Notes: a model not told the origin generated them from the letters alone. 60,783 nucleotides of DNA, filler included, from Sphacelaria rigidula (GCA_964200075.2; 7 parts of 7 records of this genome joined end to end with filler, not necessarily neighbours in it); one strand, 5' to 3'. Positions 11,258 through 23,695 are shown, counted from the whole stretch's first letter. Translations and numbers: made by a program.

Positions 11258-12213
11258 TTATGAGGCTAACTATGTGTTCCGCTTCGTGCGTTGAGCAATC
11301 ACGGTATGACCGACATCCTACACGGTCATCGACCGACGTCGCGTATCATAGTAGAGAGAATAGCTGGTACTTGTGCAGCCGAGGAAGGCCACAACTTTGA
11401 ACCAAAGTACGGAGCGCCACCAGCCGCAGAATCAGAGACTCGAAAATTTAATATCCCACGTCATCCTCTAATTGTGGAGGAGCCACATACAATCATGTTC
11501 AAGTCAATCCTATCGTTGGTCCCCTGGTTGTCAGAAGTACATTGTTAACGGCCATTCTTTCTCGACTCCTGGAATGACTTTCAGCAACGTTTTTTTTTTT
11601 CTTCAAAATGGGGCGTACGCCGAAGCACAGGGTAAGTGATTGCTCTACAAGTGAGCTCGTACTTGCCATCGCTAACATCTTGAACACGGAAATGGGTTGT
11701 GAACGCGAGGGACGGGGAGGGGGGAGGGTGGTAGTCGTGGCCGATTTTCAAGATCAGACAAAAAAAAAGAAAAAATGTTTTTTTTTTTCCCTCCTTACGG
11801 GACGACCGGAGATGACAAGCCGTCTGACACCCTTTTCAACCGATGTAGCGATCAACCAACCCGAGGCAAACAAGCGGCACGTCCTTCTCGTAATACATGA
11901 CGCGTTTTGCCCGTGAATTTTTGAAGAGACGACCCACACCTGATTATCGTGATGTTTGTGGCACATAATTCAGGGGCGAAATTCGCTGAATGATTTTAGG
12001 CGAATCCAAAAGCTGCTCCAGCGGCAGTGGTGGTTAAAAAACGTTCCCAAGCTTCGGTACTGCAGTTTAACTACCGATGCGGACGCGCCCGGGGTTCTAG
12101 ATCTTGGGCAGCGACTACACCCGCGATATGAATGATGGGCCACAGCACACGGATTTTGATAAGTATGAAGCCTCAGTTTTCCCGCCGAAGCGAGCGGTTA
12201 CATATTCGATCAC

Positions 12214-12423
12214 CTTGTCGGTCTCAAAGTTAACCATGACGAAGATCTTGCCAATCTCCTCCACAGAAATCGAGTTCCCGGCGAGCTCGGCATCCTGCAT
12301 CATCTTGCCGAACTGGTTCGGCTGGATGGAAAACGCTCCGCGAATGCTCTGAGCTGATGTGAGGCAATAGAAATTGAAAATGCGCAAGATGGCCCTGTAG
12401 AACGGTGCAATGGCGGCTTTCAC
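12214..12423 (-). CDS. Exon of an uncharacterised protein (VKAAIAPFYRAILRIFNFYC..IGKIFVMVNFETDK)
   Basis: aag|GTG acceptor and AAG|gtgatc donor, 210-bp phase-0 open frame, globular helical protein-like sequence. Confidence 0.75.
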
Positions 12424-12892
12424 CTTCATATATATTTCACGTAGAGAGCGCACGACAAAAAGTAGGTACGTAGGTTGAACAAAAAAAGGAGCAATAAGAG
12501 GCAGCAGTCCGGAGCTTAGAGGCGAGGGTAAGCATACTTGAGCCGAAACGCTCAACCGATCGTCTGAAAAAACAACGACAGCGGGTGTGTAAACCTAGCT
12601 CGTTTTACACGGTAGCGTTCATGCGCCTTCAAAACTCACACACACCGTGCACTCCTTATTTATTCCCTCCACTAGGTAGGTTGCGCAGTTGTTGACAAAT
12701 CTCTCACGGCTGGTTGCCTCCATTCGAATTCACCCCGGAACAAATGAAAATCAGATAATCAAGGCGCGCATGCAAAAGCGCGGTAACTGATTCAAGCATT
12801 CGACCCGTTGCTGCGTACTTCAAAACCGTATTGTGGTGCCTCGCTTGCGCCAACTGACACCCGCGTCTGCCAGATTCCCGACACCTGCTTGC

Positions 12893-13079
12893 CTCATTGA
12901 GACTATCCTCCACAGTTTTCTCCCCCCGCCCAACCGCTGCGTCTGCTTTGGCGATAAGCCTGAACACGCGGCCTTCCTTGAGCATACGCCCGTAGTCGGC
13001 ATCGAACGCCTTTTTCACCGTCCGATCTTTGTCGAAGAGGCTCCGACTCTCCGCCTCCTTCCGTCGAGGGGCGAAAATG
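12893..13079 (-). CDS. Upstream exon of the same gene (IFAPRRKEAESRSLFDKDRTVKKAFDADYGRML..EDSLNE)
   Basis: gcag|C acceptor. The GAG|gcaagc GC-type donor keeps phase with the next exon. Confidence 0.72.
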
Positions 13080-14229
13080 CTGCCGCAGTGCGGAAAACAA
13101 GCAGAACATCTTAACATATATCGTCAGAATCGAGGGGTGATTTTGAGACATGAAAAATAGTGTTGTTCGGTTACCGTCTGCGACCACAGAAACAGAATTG
13201 CAAGGTACATCCTGCAAGATAATAGTGTATTTTCGATGTTTCAGGGAAGATGGCTCACCTGTGTTGGATCTTGTGTTACCGGGCAATTTGCCTTTTGGTG
13301 GAAAGCATGGGTGGGTAGGAAGCTCTAGTCCTTCACATACATGCAGCATACTAACACAGAGTTGAACTACACTCCGTGGATTACTAAATCCCGAGCATGT
13401 ATGTGTCGTTTATCCGTGTGATTCAAGGGGGGGGGGGGTACATACATCAAGGACAGTACAGCATCGTACGGTGCACAAAGGCCACGCGCTTATACTACCG
13501 ACGCCGTTTGCAGTTTGTTTTCACCATTTTACCATTTCCGTACTGCAGGGCACCCGCTCCCTCTCTATGCTGCATGCTCACGCCGTGGGGGATAGCTCTG
13601 AAAGCTTGGACCTGATTCACACCGCCACCAAAGAGTCATGGATACGGGGTGCTATTGTACTGTAGCAGGCGTTCAGGTTGCTCAAAAACATGTATAACTG
13701 TGCAGGAAAAACCATGAGAGGCTTCCGCGTAGAGGAAAATCTACGGATTTGAACAATTGAAATCCCTTGCGTTGTGTCCACTCCATGGAACGAACACACC
13801 CGCCGATCATCCTTGCAGTCGTGAGGTGCACATGACCTCGTTCTACATTAGAATTTTCGTCGGAGTCGAGGTATGCAAGGAGATTTTCTCTCTCCACGTC
13901 TCACAAGGCAACATCCTGGATTGTCCACGAGCTGCCGCCGTCTCATAGGGGTGGGGGGCAGCATTTTATTCACGTGAAAATTAGAGGGTCAATTTTTGTT
14001 TCTCCGTGTAAGCCCTTCGCCCATTCTTGTTCCGCGTCCCATGCGTCAACAACACCACAGGGCTGCCTTCCAAGTACTAACAGCTTTGTTAGGTTCCCTC
14101 GTCTCTACGTGCGGGACACTGTCTGGACAAATTTTCCGCCGCCAGCATAATGGGGGTCCTCTCTCTGTTCTCTGTGTCTGGCTTTCCACTCACCACACAT
14201 TCGTTCACCCACCGCAACACACCGCACAC

Positions 14230-14309
14230 CGCAAAACACTGCCATCCAAACACGAAGAGATTATTATCCTCGAAAATGAGGTTTATCTCGAAAACAATGC
14301 TTTCTTTCC
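14230..14309 (-). CDS. Possible further exon (KESIVFEINLIFEDNNLFVFGWQCFA)
   Basis: tcag|GG acceptor, GCG|gtgtgc donor and a protein-like frame, but it abuts a MITE and I could not link it in phase. Confidence 0.3.
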
Positions 14310-14318
14310 CTGATCTAA

Positions 14319-14591
14319 AGTCATGACAAGTGACCTTCATGTGGACAACTTCATGCCCCCCGACCTCCCTGACCCTATTTTTTGGGGGGGTTTCCGTCTC
14401 CGTTACCCCGAAGGATATGCAGACGCAACTTTTTGCCTCGATTTCGGGGTGAAAAAATGGACGTTTTTTAGCCTGAAAGCGGTGCTTTCGCACACGCCCT
14501 TCGGCGGAACGGAAGACGGGAAATCTCCAAAATAGTTTCAGGGAGGTCGGGGAGCATGGAGTCGTCTATATGAAAGTCATTTATCATGACT
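14319..14591. mobile_element. Foldback MITE-like element with ~100-bp imperfect arms
   Basis: AGTCATGACAAGTGACCTTCATGTGGACAACTTCATGCCCCCCGACCTCCCTGA versus TCAGGGAGGTCGGGGAGCATGGAGTCGTCTATATGAAAGTCATTTATCATGACT. Confidence 0.8.
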
Positions 14592-15371
14592 CAAGAGGTC
14601 AGGAAGATAAAAAACACATTTCTCGACTCGACCCTCATTTAAATGTTTAACCTCACTTTTCGAAGATAATATCTTGTATATGTATCCCTTGGCTGAGCAG
14701 TTGTCATCAGTTTCGTGGGGTACATGCTTTTGTGGTTTGCAAGCGGCGCATGCTGACACTCACCATTATTGCTACGATATATCGTTGTTGTTGTTGTCTT
14801 CACAGTAAAAACCGTTCCGATATCTGCGCGGTACATTTGTACTGGGCATCTGATGCAGACGCCTTCCGTGGTCACAGGCTAGCTACCCCTAATAAGGTGT
14901 GAGGAAATCAAACAAAACCAAGAAAACAGAATAGACCTCGATTAAAACTCACAAAACGCGATACAAGCAAAACAGGGATAAATAATAAAAAGAAGAAATG
15001 AAACACACATGGCTAACCTCAGAAGATCTGGTGCCGCAGGTGGCCATTCGGACTTCAGGGGGTGGTACCCGGCTTTCCAACTCGACGCGCGAGGCCAAGT
15101 AGAAATGAACATAGGGTCCGACTACGGGCGAGACCGCTCAACGGGCGAGAACACTCAAGGCCCGAAATACCACCAACCGAAGAACTAAGAATGACAAGGT
15201 TCCATATTTCGACCCCTCGGGGGACAGCCATACGTACAAGCATACCAGGTGTATCAAGACAATAGCACTGCATGACATAACGACACCCCTTATCGGGGGG
15301 GTTCACCCCGATATATGCATACAGCATATATATATATATATATATATATATACGTCCTCTCCTTCTATCTA

Positions 15372-16415
15372 TGCTTTCGCAGTAATCCTGAAAATTCGGA
15401 GCTGAGCTGGCACACGCCGAGCGTTTTTCATCCTGCACGCATGTCACATCGTTTCCACTGTACCCCCGCCCCTCGTACTGTCTGCACTGCTGCTGCTCCT
15501 ACTCTACCGTACGTACATGCGGACGCTTCATCTGAATGTTCGACATATAGAGCTACCTGTGTTCGGAAAATGGTCCCGGAGAACCCCTGATCGGTTTTGA
15601 GCAACCAGTCAAAGTGCTGCAGAGTCAGTACGCTAGGCTCGTCATAATATCGAGTCGTTATTAACGGACGGGCCCTTTGTTTTCACTATTTTTCGATTTT
15701 TTTTCGGAAACGTTTCCTACTTCTAAAAAAAAAAGATTGCTGGAAAAAATATCAAACGCTAGATTGTCCGAGTAATATGTAGTCAGTCTTGAATTGTTCT
15801 GTTCTCTGACGTAGTTGAGAAATCTCTCGTCACAGGTTTCGGGGAGGATATCTTTTATTCTCCGAAAACAAAATCGGAAAGGTCCGAAAAAAAACCGCCA
15901 CGGTAATGACGAACCCTAAAACGGGATTTTTGTTCCGGAATTTTTCGAATTTTTCGAATTTTTCGGAAACTTCTTCGACTTTCCAAAGGAAAAAAGATTG
16001 GAAAAAAACCCAACGCTAGATTATTCGAGTAATAGTATGCATCCAGATTCGAATTGTTCTATTCTTTGACTTGGTTTAGAAATCTGTTGTCACAATATCC
16101 GGGGAGGAAGTTTATTTTTTCCAAAAAGTCGGAAAGGCCTAGAAAAATAGCCCCGTGAATAACAACCGTTATCCCAAGGCTGAACAGTTTTCAGTTTTGT
16201 GGGGTACGCTGGCAGTCGCCATTACCGCGATATGTGCAAAAGACATTTCATCAACTCCTCTTTATGTTTTCGCAGCAATTCCGAGAATTCGGGGCAGGGC
16301 TGGCACACCTCGAGCGTGTTTTGATCCTGCACGCATGTCACCCCGTCTCAATGGTACCCTCGCCTCTTTCACTGTCTGTACTGCTGCTGCAGCCAGTCTA
16401 CCGTACGTACATGTG
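15372..16415. repeat. Composite repeat: ~150-bp direct repeats (15372-15520, 16266-16415) around a ~250-bp tandem duplication (~15690-16155)
   Basis: TTTCGCAG.AAT..GCTGGCACAC..ATCCTGCACGCATGTCAC..TCTACCGTACGTACATG occurs twice. AACGCTAGATT..CGAGTAATA..GAAATCT..CGGGGAGGA..TCGGAAAGG occurs twice. Confidence 0.75.
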
Positions 16416-17227
16416 CCCTTTTACATCAGCGGCGTAATACAACAGAGTGAAAGAGTTAGCGTGCAACCTCTCTCCATTGAACACAGTCTACTTCCGCGAG
16501 AAACTTCTGAATAACACACGGCTGACTTCGTGAACTTCCCGGTTATTCTGCGCACAGACACCAACTTCCCCCCCTCAAACGCCACCCCCCCGCCAATACT
16601 CCCTGGAAACCCCTGGATGTCCCTGGATTGTCGATTGGCGAAAATATTCCGAGACGAGGCTTGCAGTTAAAGGCTTAAGAGCAATTAGTCTGACAGATAA
16701 CTCATAATAGTGTACAAACAACACTGGTAAAGTCGGATTCAGGCGGTGGGTGCACGGTGGCACAGGAGACGAGGAATTAGGGGTTCCCAAGGGATGATTT
16801 TTACCGTTAATTTAGGGGTGATATCCACCGTTTTCGCCTATGCCGTGCGAATGGCAGCACGCTTGGATGATGTAAAATTGTTTCAAAGATATTTGACCCT
16901 TAGGGTAGCCAGGAGCACCACCGTTTGTTCTCGACACGACAAAACGATGGATACCACCCTCAGGGACGGCTGCTGCGTCACATCCCCGGAAAATCCATAG
17001 GCCCCACCTTCACAAAGATATCACCAATCCATTGAAAATGTTTTGTATACAATCGTGTGTGTCATTGCATTAAATTTCCGACTAGTAGTGATGATAAGCT
17101 TTTGAATGTACTGAAGCAGCCGAAACAAAAGCAGGGGGGTACCATCAGCCCGCAAGTTGTTGGTCTAGATTGAACTAACTGCATTGGTCAGGACCCGCCC
17201 GTCCGACGAGTGCTGAAAACTTCACTT

Positions 17228-17297
17228 GAGTCATCCTACGGTAGGGGGGGGGGTATTTTGGGCCATTTGTTGCTCGAAAGTTCGAGTCAGATCGTCG
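17228..17297. mobile_element. MITE terminus (GAGTCATCCTACGGTAGGGG..) truncated by the contig end
   Basis: The same terminus occurs at 25862-25995 and, reverse-complemented, at 34793-34808. Confidence 0.65.
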
Positions 17298-17397
17298 NNN
17301 NNNNNNNNNNNNNNNNNNNNNNNNNNNNNNNNNNNNNNNNNTTAATTAATTAANNNNNNNNNNNNNNNNNNNNNNNNNNNNNNNNNNNNNNNNNNNN
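17298..17397. other. Artificial contig-joining spacer
   Basis: 44N-TTAATTAATTAA-44N. Confidence 0.98.
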
Positions 17398-17506
17398 CAA
17401 TATGAGGTGCTTCATGCAGCCTGAACCCGAACATCAGGCGCTTTATGGCCATTTTTTTCGCGACACGTTTAGCTGGTTTTGGAGAGGGGCTATCGTAGAA
17501 AGTGTC
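17398..17506. mobile_element. Partial copy of the 248-bp MITE, abutting copia gag
   Basis: Matches 11149-11257 and ends GGGGCTATCGTAGAAAGTGTC directly before gag codons. Confidence 0.85.
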
Positions 17507-20500
17507 GATGAGAGAACTTCACAGCGTCACTATGTCACCAGGGCAAGACCCTGATACTTTCTTGAGCAAAGTGTATCAGCTTCAGGACGAAATGGACAAC
17601 GTTGGCGAGGCCATTTCCGAAGAAAGACTGACTAACATAGTGATCGAAGGTTTGACAAGTGAGTATGACCTCATCAAGTACAATGCGGAGCGTGACCCAG
17701 ATCGCAGTATTCAGAGCATCGAAACAACAATGCGAAATATGTATGCTAATCGCATGGCGCGGAGATTTACCTCCAGGAAATCGCATGGCCGCGATTCATC
17801 ACTGCTGGTGACATCACTGTCGAAATCTTTGAAGCAACCCCAGAAATTCCGTGGACATTGCTACACCTGCGGGAGACCAGTACATCAGGCCAGAGACTGT
17901 CGCTCCCAAATGCAGTCGAATAATGGGAACAGGCCTGTAAAATGGTGCAGTTTCCATCACACTGACAAGCATGACGATACGGAGTGTAGATCTCAACAGA
18001 ACCGCGAGAATGCGACCAATAACACTGGAAACAACAACTATAACCATCATCATCGTAGAAACCCCCGCCATCGAAATAACAACCACGACAGCAGCAGCAA
18101 CAGCAAAAGTAGGAGCAACCACAACAGCAACATCGGCAGCAACAACTCCAACGGACATCAACGCCAAGCCAACACAGCCGTCGCCGATCCAGGTTCTACA
18201 ACCGCACCATCGAACAGCAACGGCCTGGTAACTTCTTCATCAACAGCTGCGACAGTGATAGATACATCCTCACCGCCAAATGGTATGGGATTTACTTTTC
18301 TTTCTGGTTCACATGTCACTGATACATCCGATCAAATTTCTTTTCAGTTCACAGTGGATAGCGGCAGCACTGGACATTTTTTGGATGATCAGCTGCTACC
18401 CGATATCGAACGTGAAATGGTCGAGATGGTCAAACTCGATCCACCGATGACTATTTTAACAGCGGGACGCCATCTACTACATGGTGCAGCAAAATGAGTT
18501 CTGAACACCACGGTCATTTACTCTGAGGGGTACCAACGTTCTGTACGGCTCCCAGCCGTAATTGTCCCAGGTTTGAGGAAGCATCTCTTCTCCCCTGTGC
18601 AAGCTCTTGCGAAGGGGGCTTCGACTATATTTTGTCCCGAGTTCCATATAGACCTCGGAAAGTTTAAAGTGCCAATCAACAGTGACAGCAACGGAACGTT
18701 ACAGTACATCAGCGTGAGAGTTTCTCGGAAACCGGGTAATATTCATAACAGCTCAGCATTTACAGCTACAATTATATCAGGATAATCTATGGGCATAGGG
18801 TCAGCCATTGTTGAAGAAGCAATTCACCACGACATGCCGGGAATTTCAGCAGCCCTGTCTGCCACAGTGAGAGCAGAACCGACAGCTTTGACTACCACGA
18901 CAGGAGCAGACATTTGGCATAGGCGACTTGGACATCCCACGGAGTTGGTCATGCGCCGTCTACTGAATATTTCTGAATCAGGTGTGAACTTTGAGGGGTC
19001 ACTGTCACCTTGTGTAACTTGCAAGCCTCATAAAAGTGTACAGTAGGACCACCCAAAGACCGTAGACTCCACGAACATTTCGGTACGACTGCAATTGGTC
19101 AGCACTGACCTAACAGGGCCGAGTATGCCTATGGCGCAGGGCGGCTACCGCTTCATGACAAAATTTACGGATCACTTCTCGCATTTCAAGGTAGTCTACT
19201 TCATCAAAACGAAGGGTGAGACCCTAACTACGCTCTGCAGGTTCATCCAAGATTTGGTTATTCCTTTAGGACTCCGTGTACACCGTCTGCGGTCAGACCG
19301 TGGGGGTGAATACATCGCGGACTATTTTAAGGAGTACTGCAAGACTACGGCCATCCGCCAAGAGTTTACCAGTCCATATAATCCTCAGCAGAATGGCATC
19401 AGTCGAAGAGACGGGCGGAACATCTTGAACGTTACTCGTTTTCTCCTGAACAAATCGAATTTTCCGAAATTTCTTTGGGAAGAAATTGCTGCAACTGCGG
19501 TCTTTTTAATCAATCGCCTACCGCACACGAGCATCGGCGGCGATACACCATATTTTCGAATGTTTCTCAAGCAACCGAAGCTATCATCCTTGCGGACAAT
19601 CGGCTCGAGGGCGTTTGTGCACAGGGAGCGTCATCGCAGTAAGATAGAAGAAAAGGCTTGGGAAGGAGTGCTAGTAGGGTATGATTCCGATAGTCCATCG
19701 TACCGCATTTACAACCGCTACTCGGGAAAAATATCCAGCTCCAGAAACGTCACTTTCATCGAACAAGTAACAGGAGCTCCTTGCAGTGATGAAGATTTTT
19801 CGACTTTGGATATCCAGGAACCCCACGTATCTGCAGTTGAACAGGAACAAGACGACGGCATCAACAACTTCAACATGAATATGTACCATGGTATAGCTCA
19901 GCTAGAGGAGAGCACCACGGAAGACAATTCATCAACTACAGGGCCGCCTATCGCCCAGAGGAGGTTGCGTTCAGCCGGTGGTCCCGATCATCATCCTTCT
20001 GGACCGGTTAACAAACGGCAAGCCAGTGAGCTAAAGCGACTAGCTTTCATGTCTTCTTCTGGTCAACATGCTGCAGCAACACTGAAAATGGTATGTCAGT
20101 ACATAGGTACTGTTGGAGCTGAACAGGTTGAACCACCCGCGTCAATTACAGTACCCACCAACTATCGACAGGCATCGAGCTCACCATACTCGAAGAAGTG
20201 GAAAGCAGCCATGCTGGACGAACTTCAAAGTATCAAGAATCACGATGTAGCCGATATCATCCCGGCCAGCTCTATTCCCAGCAACAACAACATCATCGGT
20301 ACAAGGTGGCTCTTTCAGGTAAAAGCCGACGGGCGTTTTAAAGCCCGTTGGTGGTTCAAGGTTGGTCTCAGAGGCATGGACTCGACTGCGGGAGTACTTT
20401 CGCTCCAGATTGCAGGTTAGAAAGTCAGCGATTATTACTGGCAATTGCCACTGCGACAAACTGGCCTGTTTTTGCCCTTGACGTACAAACTGCTTTCTTG

Positions 20501-21716
20501 AACGGCAAGCTACAGGAAACAGTATTCTGTAAACAACCGCCTGGCTTCGAGACGTCCGACCCAGCGACAGGAGGATCACAAGTGATGCGTCTTAAGCGCG
20601 CGCTCTACGGACTGCGCCAGAGTCCAAACGTGTGGAACGCTACAATGGATACGGAGTTACGGAAAATGGATTTTTCAGCCACAGCAAGTGACCCATGTGT
20701 CTACACGAAAGGATCACATGAGAGATATGTGATGCTTACTCTGTATGTAGATGATGTCTTGATTACAGGACCCTCAATAAGTATATTGCAACAGGTTCAG
20801 GATGCACTGAAGTCAAGATTTTCCATCTCCGAGCTAGGGCCAGTTTCTCTTTTTCTTGGTATATAGAGGTCATGAAGGATGAAGCGCGAGGAACTCTCAA
20901 GTTGTCACAGCATAGGTACGTAGAATCAATCCTCAAGAATTTCGGCATGGAGTCATCCAATCCAGCTCACACACCGGGAACACCAACACAACTCATCGAC
21001 GACGCGCCCGAAGATACGTTCCTGGAACCGTCAGAGAAAACCAATTTCCAAGCGATGGTTGGGAGTCTCATCTTTCTGGCACAGAGCACAAGATTTGACA
21101 TCGCATTTTGTGTCTCCCAGGTAGCACGTCACATGAGCAGCCCGAGTCGCCAAAACTTAGTAGCAGTTAAATGGATATTTCCGTACCTGAAGGGAAAACC
21201 CGATCTTCCGCTAACGTACTCAACCTCCAATAAGTATCCGGTTTTAAAGGGATTTTGTGATGCAAGCTATGGTAATGCCGGGCTTCAGGGGAAAATGCGA
21301 TCCACAACGGGAATGTAATTTTTCTGTATAACGGGCTAGCTCATTTCACTTTGAGCTTACAACGTATAACAGCCACTTCAACGACAGAAGCGGAGTTAAT
21401 TGCCCTTTCGAAATGCGGCAAATTCGGAACGTATGCCTTCAATCTGATACGAGAGCTTAGATGGTCATCTATTAAGCCCGCGACCATCTACTTGGATTCA
21501 CAAGGCGCACTTTATCTGTCTTCAAACGCCAACTTCAGGACCAGCTCGAAACACCTGGCGATGCGATTCTTGAATTTAAAAGATATGATTCGAGCCGGAC
21601 AACTTAGGATAAACTATGTGCGATCTTCAGAACAATTAGCGGATCTTCTCACCAAAAGCTGTGATAGAATCGTACATCAGAGCCTGCTGAAGGCCATAAC
21701 CGAATGTGGGAGATAA
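17507..21716 (+). pseudogene. Copia gag-pol polyprotein with stops and frameshifts
   Basis: Zinc knuckle CYTCGRPVHQARDC, protease VDSGST, pre-integrase IWHRRLGH, integrase STDLTGP/RSDRGGEY/PQQNG, RT LDVQTAFLNG/LYGLRQSP/YVDDVL, RNase H FCDAS/STTEAE/QLADLLTK. Stops at 18497, 18785, 19046, 20866 and 21318, with a frameshift near 20350. Confidence 0.95.
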
Positions 21717-21755
21717 CGGATATTAATTCGGCAGGATATTCATCTTCAGCATCGT

Positions 21756-22301
21756 TGTTAACGCTCAACCACGATCATCTTCGTCAACGCTCAACCACGA
21801 TAATCTTCATCAACACTCAACCTCGATCATCATCGTCAACGCTCAACCTCGATCATCCTCGTCAATGCTCAACCTCCATCATCATCGTCAACGCTCAACC
21901 TCGATCATTATCGTCAACGCTCAACCTCGATCATCATCGTCAATGCGCAACCTCGATCATCCTCGTCGACGCTCAACCTCAATCATCATCGTCAATGCTC
22001 AACCTCGATCATCCTCGTCGACGCTCAACCTCCATCATCATCGTCAACGTTCAACTTCGATCATCATTGTCAACGCTCAACCTCGATCATCATCGTCAAC
22101 GCTCAACCTCGATCATCATCGTTAACGCTCAACTTCGATCATCATCGTCAACGCTCAACTTCGATCATCATCGTTAACGCTCAACTTCGATCATCATCGT
22201 TAACGCTCAACCTCGATCATCATCGTCAACGCTCAACCTCGATCATCCTCGTCGACGCTCAATCTCGATCATCATCGTTAACGCTAAACTTCGATCATCA
22301 T
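21756..22301 (+). repeat. Tandem array of 21 x 26 bp (CGTCAACGCTCAACCTCGATCATCAT)
   Basis: 546 bp = 21 x 26, read unit by unit. Substitutions only, no spacers. Confidence 0.97.
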
Positions 22302-22502
22302 CGTCACCGGAGTTTGAGGGACTTGATTTTGTTTGTTTTGTCTGTTCAGAAATGTGATTGAGTGAAAGAGCCCAAGTAGGTGTAAGATGCCTGTAATACT
22401 CATACCTTATATAGAACGCGTGGCAAAATTTCCTGCTTTGGGTAAATTTGTTTTGATTGCTTTTGTTTTTATTCGAGTGCAGTCTCAAGGTCCAGAGGAG
22501 CA

Positions 22503-22753
22503 TGCTAAAACCACAGTGTGCAGACTCCTACATTTATAATACAAGGTTCTTCTCACTCTCCCCAGCAACCCTGTTTTGCTTCCACAGCTCTCTCTCGCAA
22601 AAAAGGCTGTTTGATATTTTAGGCCAGAAGCGCCGAACTACACTATCTTAATTTTACTACACTGGCTCCTCGCAAGTAGCTTTACCGCTATAGTGCAAGC
22701 CTCTGCTTAACTGTTCAGTGAGACAGTGCCGTGCCAGCGAATAATTTCCAGCA
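22503..22753 (+). repeat. Candidate 3' LTR of the copia element
   Basis: Follows purine-rich AGAGGAGCA, starts TGCTAAAA and ends TTCCAGCA (TG..CA with a short inverted repeat). No 5' LTR is available to confirm it. Confidence 0.55.
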
Positions 22754-23024
22754 TCATGGACAGTTCTAGCCCCGCCACGAACCAAGCTTGGCGGGGGTTC
22801 TCGAGGGTCTTTACAACGGTGTCGACGAATAAAGCTTGTCTTTCGGAGGTGCCAACATTCGCCCAATCCTCTCGTCGGCTGAAAATCGTCAGCGAAATGC
22901 CCACAGGCAACCACATAAATGTTTGACACCTCACGGGTGGCCTTTGGGGTCATGGCTTAACGGTGGGACTTTCGGTCGGCTTTGTGGAGAACGAAATGTA
23001 ATGTTCGTCGGATATTGCAGTTCC

Positions 23025-23695
23025 GCAATAACTAAAACATGTACGTGGACCAACCCCGGCGAAAACCAGTCATAGCGTATTTTTTCCCAGGTGATACCAG
23101 CCTCGTTACAGTCGGGGCCTTCACTGCACATATCCCCGAAACGCACACCGCAGACGATATGAAGTCGAGAAAATCCAATGATATGATACCGCAAGAGGTC
23201 CCGTCACTGATACATTTTTGTGGGGAACGACCAGACATGACTCTTGCAATCCAGCGCCGGATGTTTCCGCTATTTCCAGAGAGTAATATATTGGAGGAGC
23301 GTGCACAAGAGCCGGTATCCCCGGCAAACCGCACAATGTCCGTAGGAAGAACACCCGCCGTAATACCTAAAACACGTACATGGACCAACCCCGGCGGAAA
23401 ACAGCCGTGCCGTATTTTTTCCCGGGTGATACCAGCCCCGTTACAGTCGGGGCCTTCACTGCATTGATCCCCGAAACGCACACCGCGGACAAAATGAAGT
23501 CGAGAAATTCGATGATATGGCATCGCAAGAGGTCTTGTCAATGATATATATTTGGGGAGAACGACAAGGCATGACTCTCACAATCTAGCGCCGGATGTTT
23601 CGGCTATTTCCAGAGAGTAAGATATTGGAGGAGCGTGCACAAGAATCGGTATCCCTTGCAAAACGCACAACGTCCGTAGGAAGAACACCCGCCCT
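23025..23695. repeat. Two tandem copies of a ~336-bp unit
   Basis: TAAAACA.GTAC.TGGACCAACCCCGGCG..GTTACAGTCGGGGCCTTCACTGCA..GTCCGTAGGAAGAACACCCGCC recurs at an offset of 336 bp at the unit start. Confidence 0.9.

Larger units (their letters stand above)
17507..22753 (+). mobile_element. Ty1/copia LTR retrotransposon, decayed, 5' end missing
   Basis: Domain order gag-PR-IN-RT-RH, followed by a 3' region, a purine-rich tract and a candidate LTR. Confidence 0.96.

Noticed and set aside
13256..13900. Additional small minus-strand exons of the contig-2 gene
   Set aside because: Candidate splice sites exist, but I could not join them in phase without stops.
21756..22301. CRISPR array
   Set aside because: The units are directly contiguous with no unique spacers, there are no cas genes, and the context is a eukaryotic retrotransposon.
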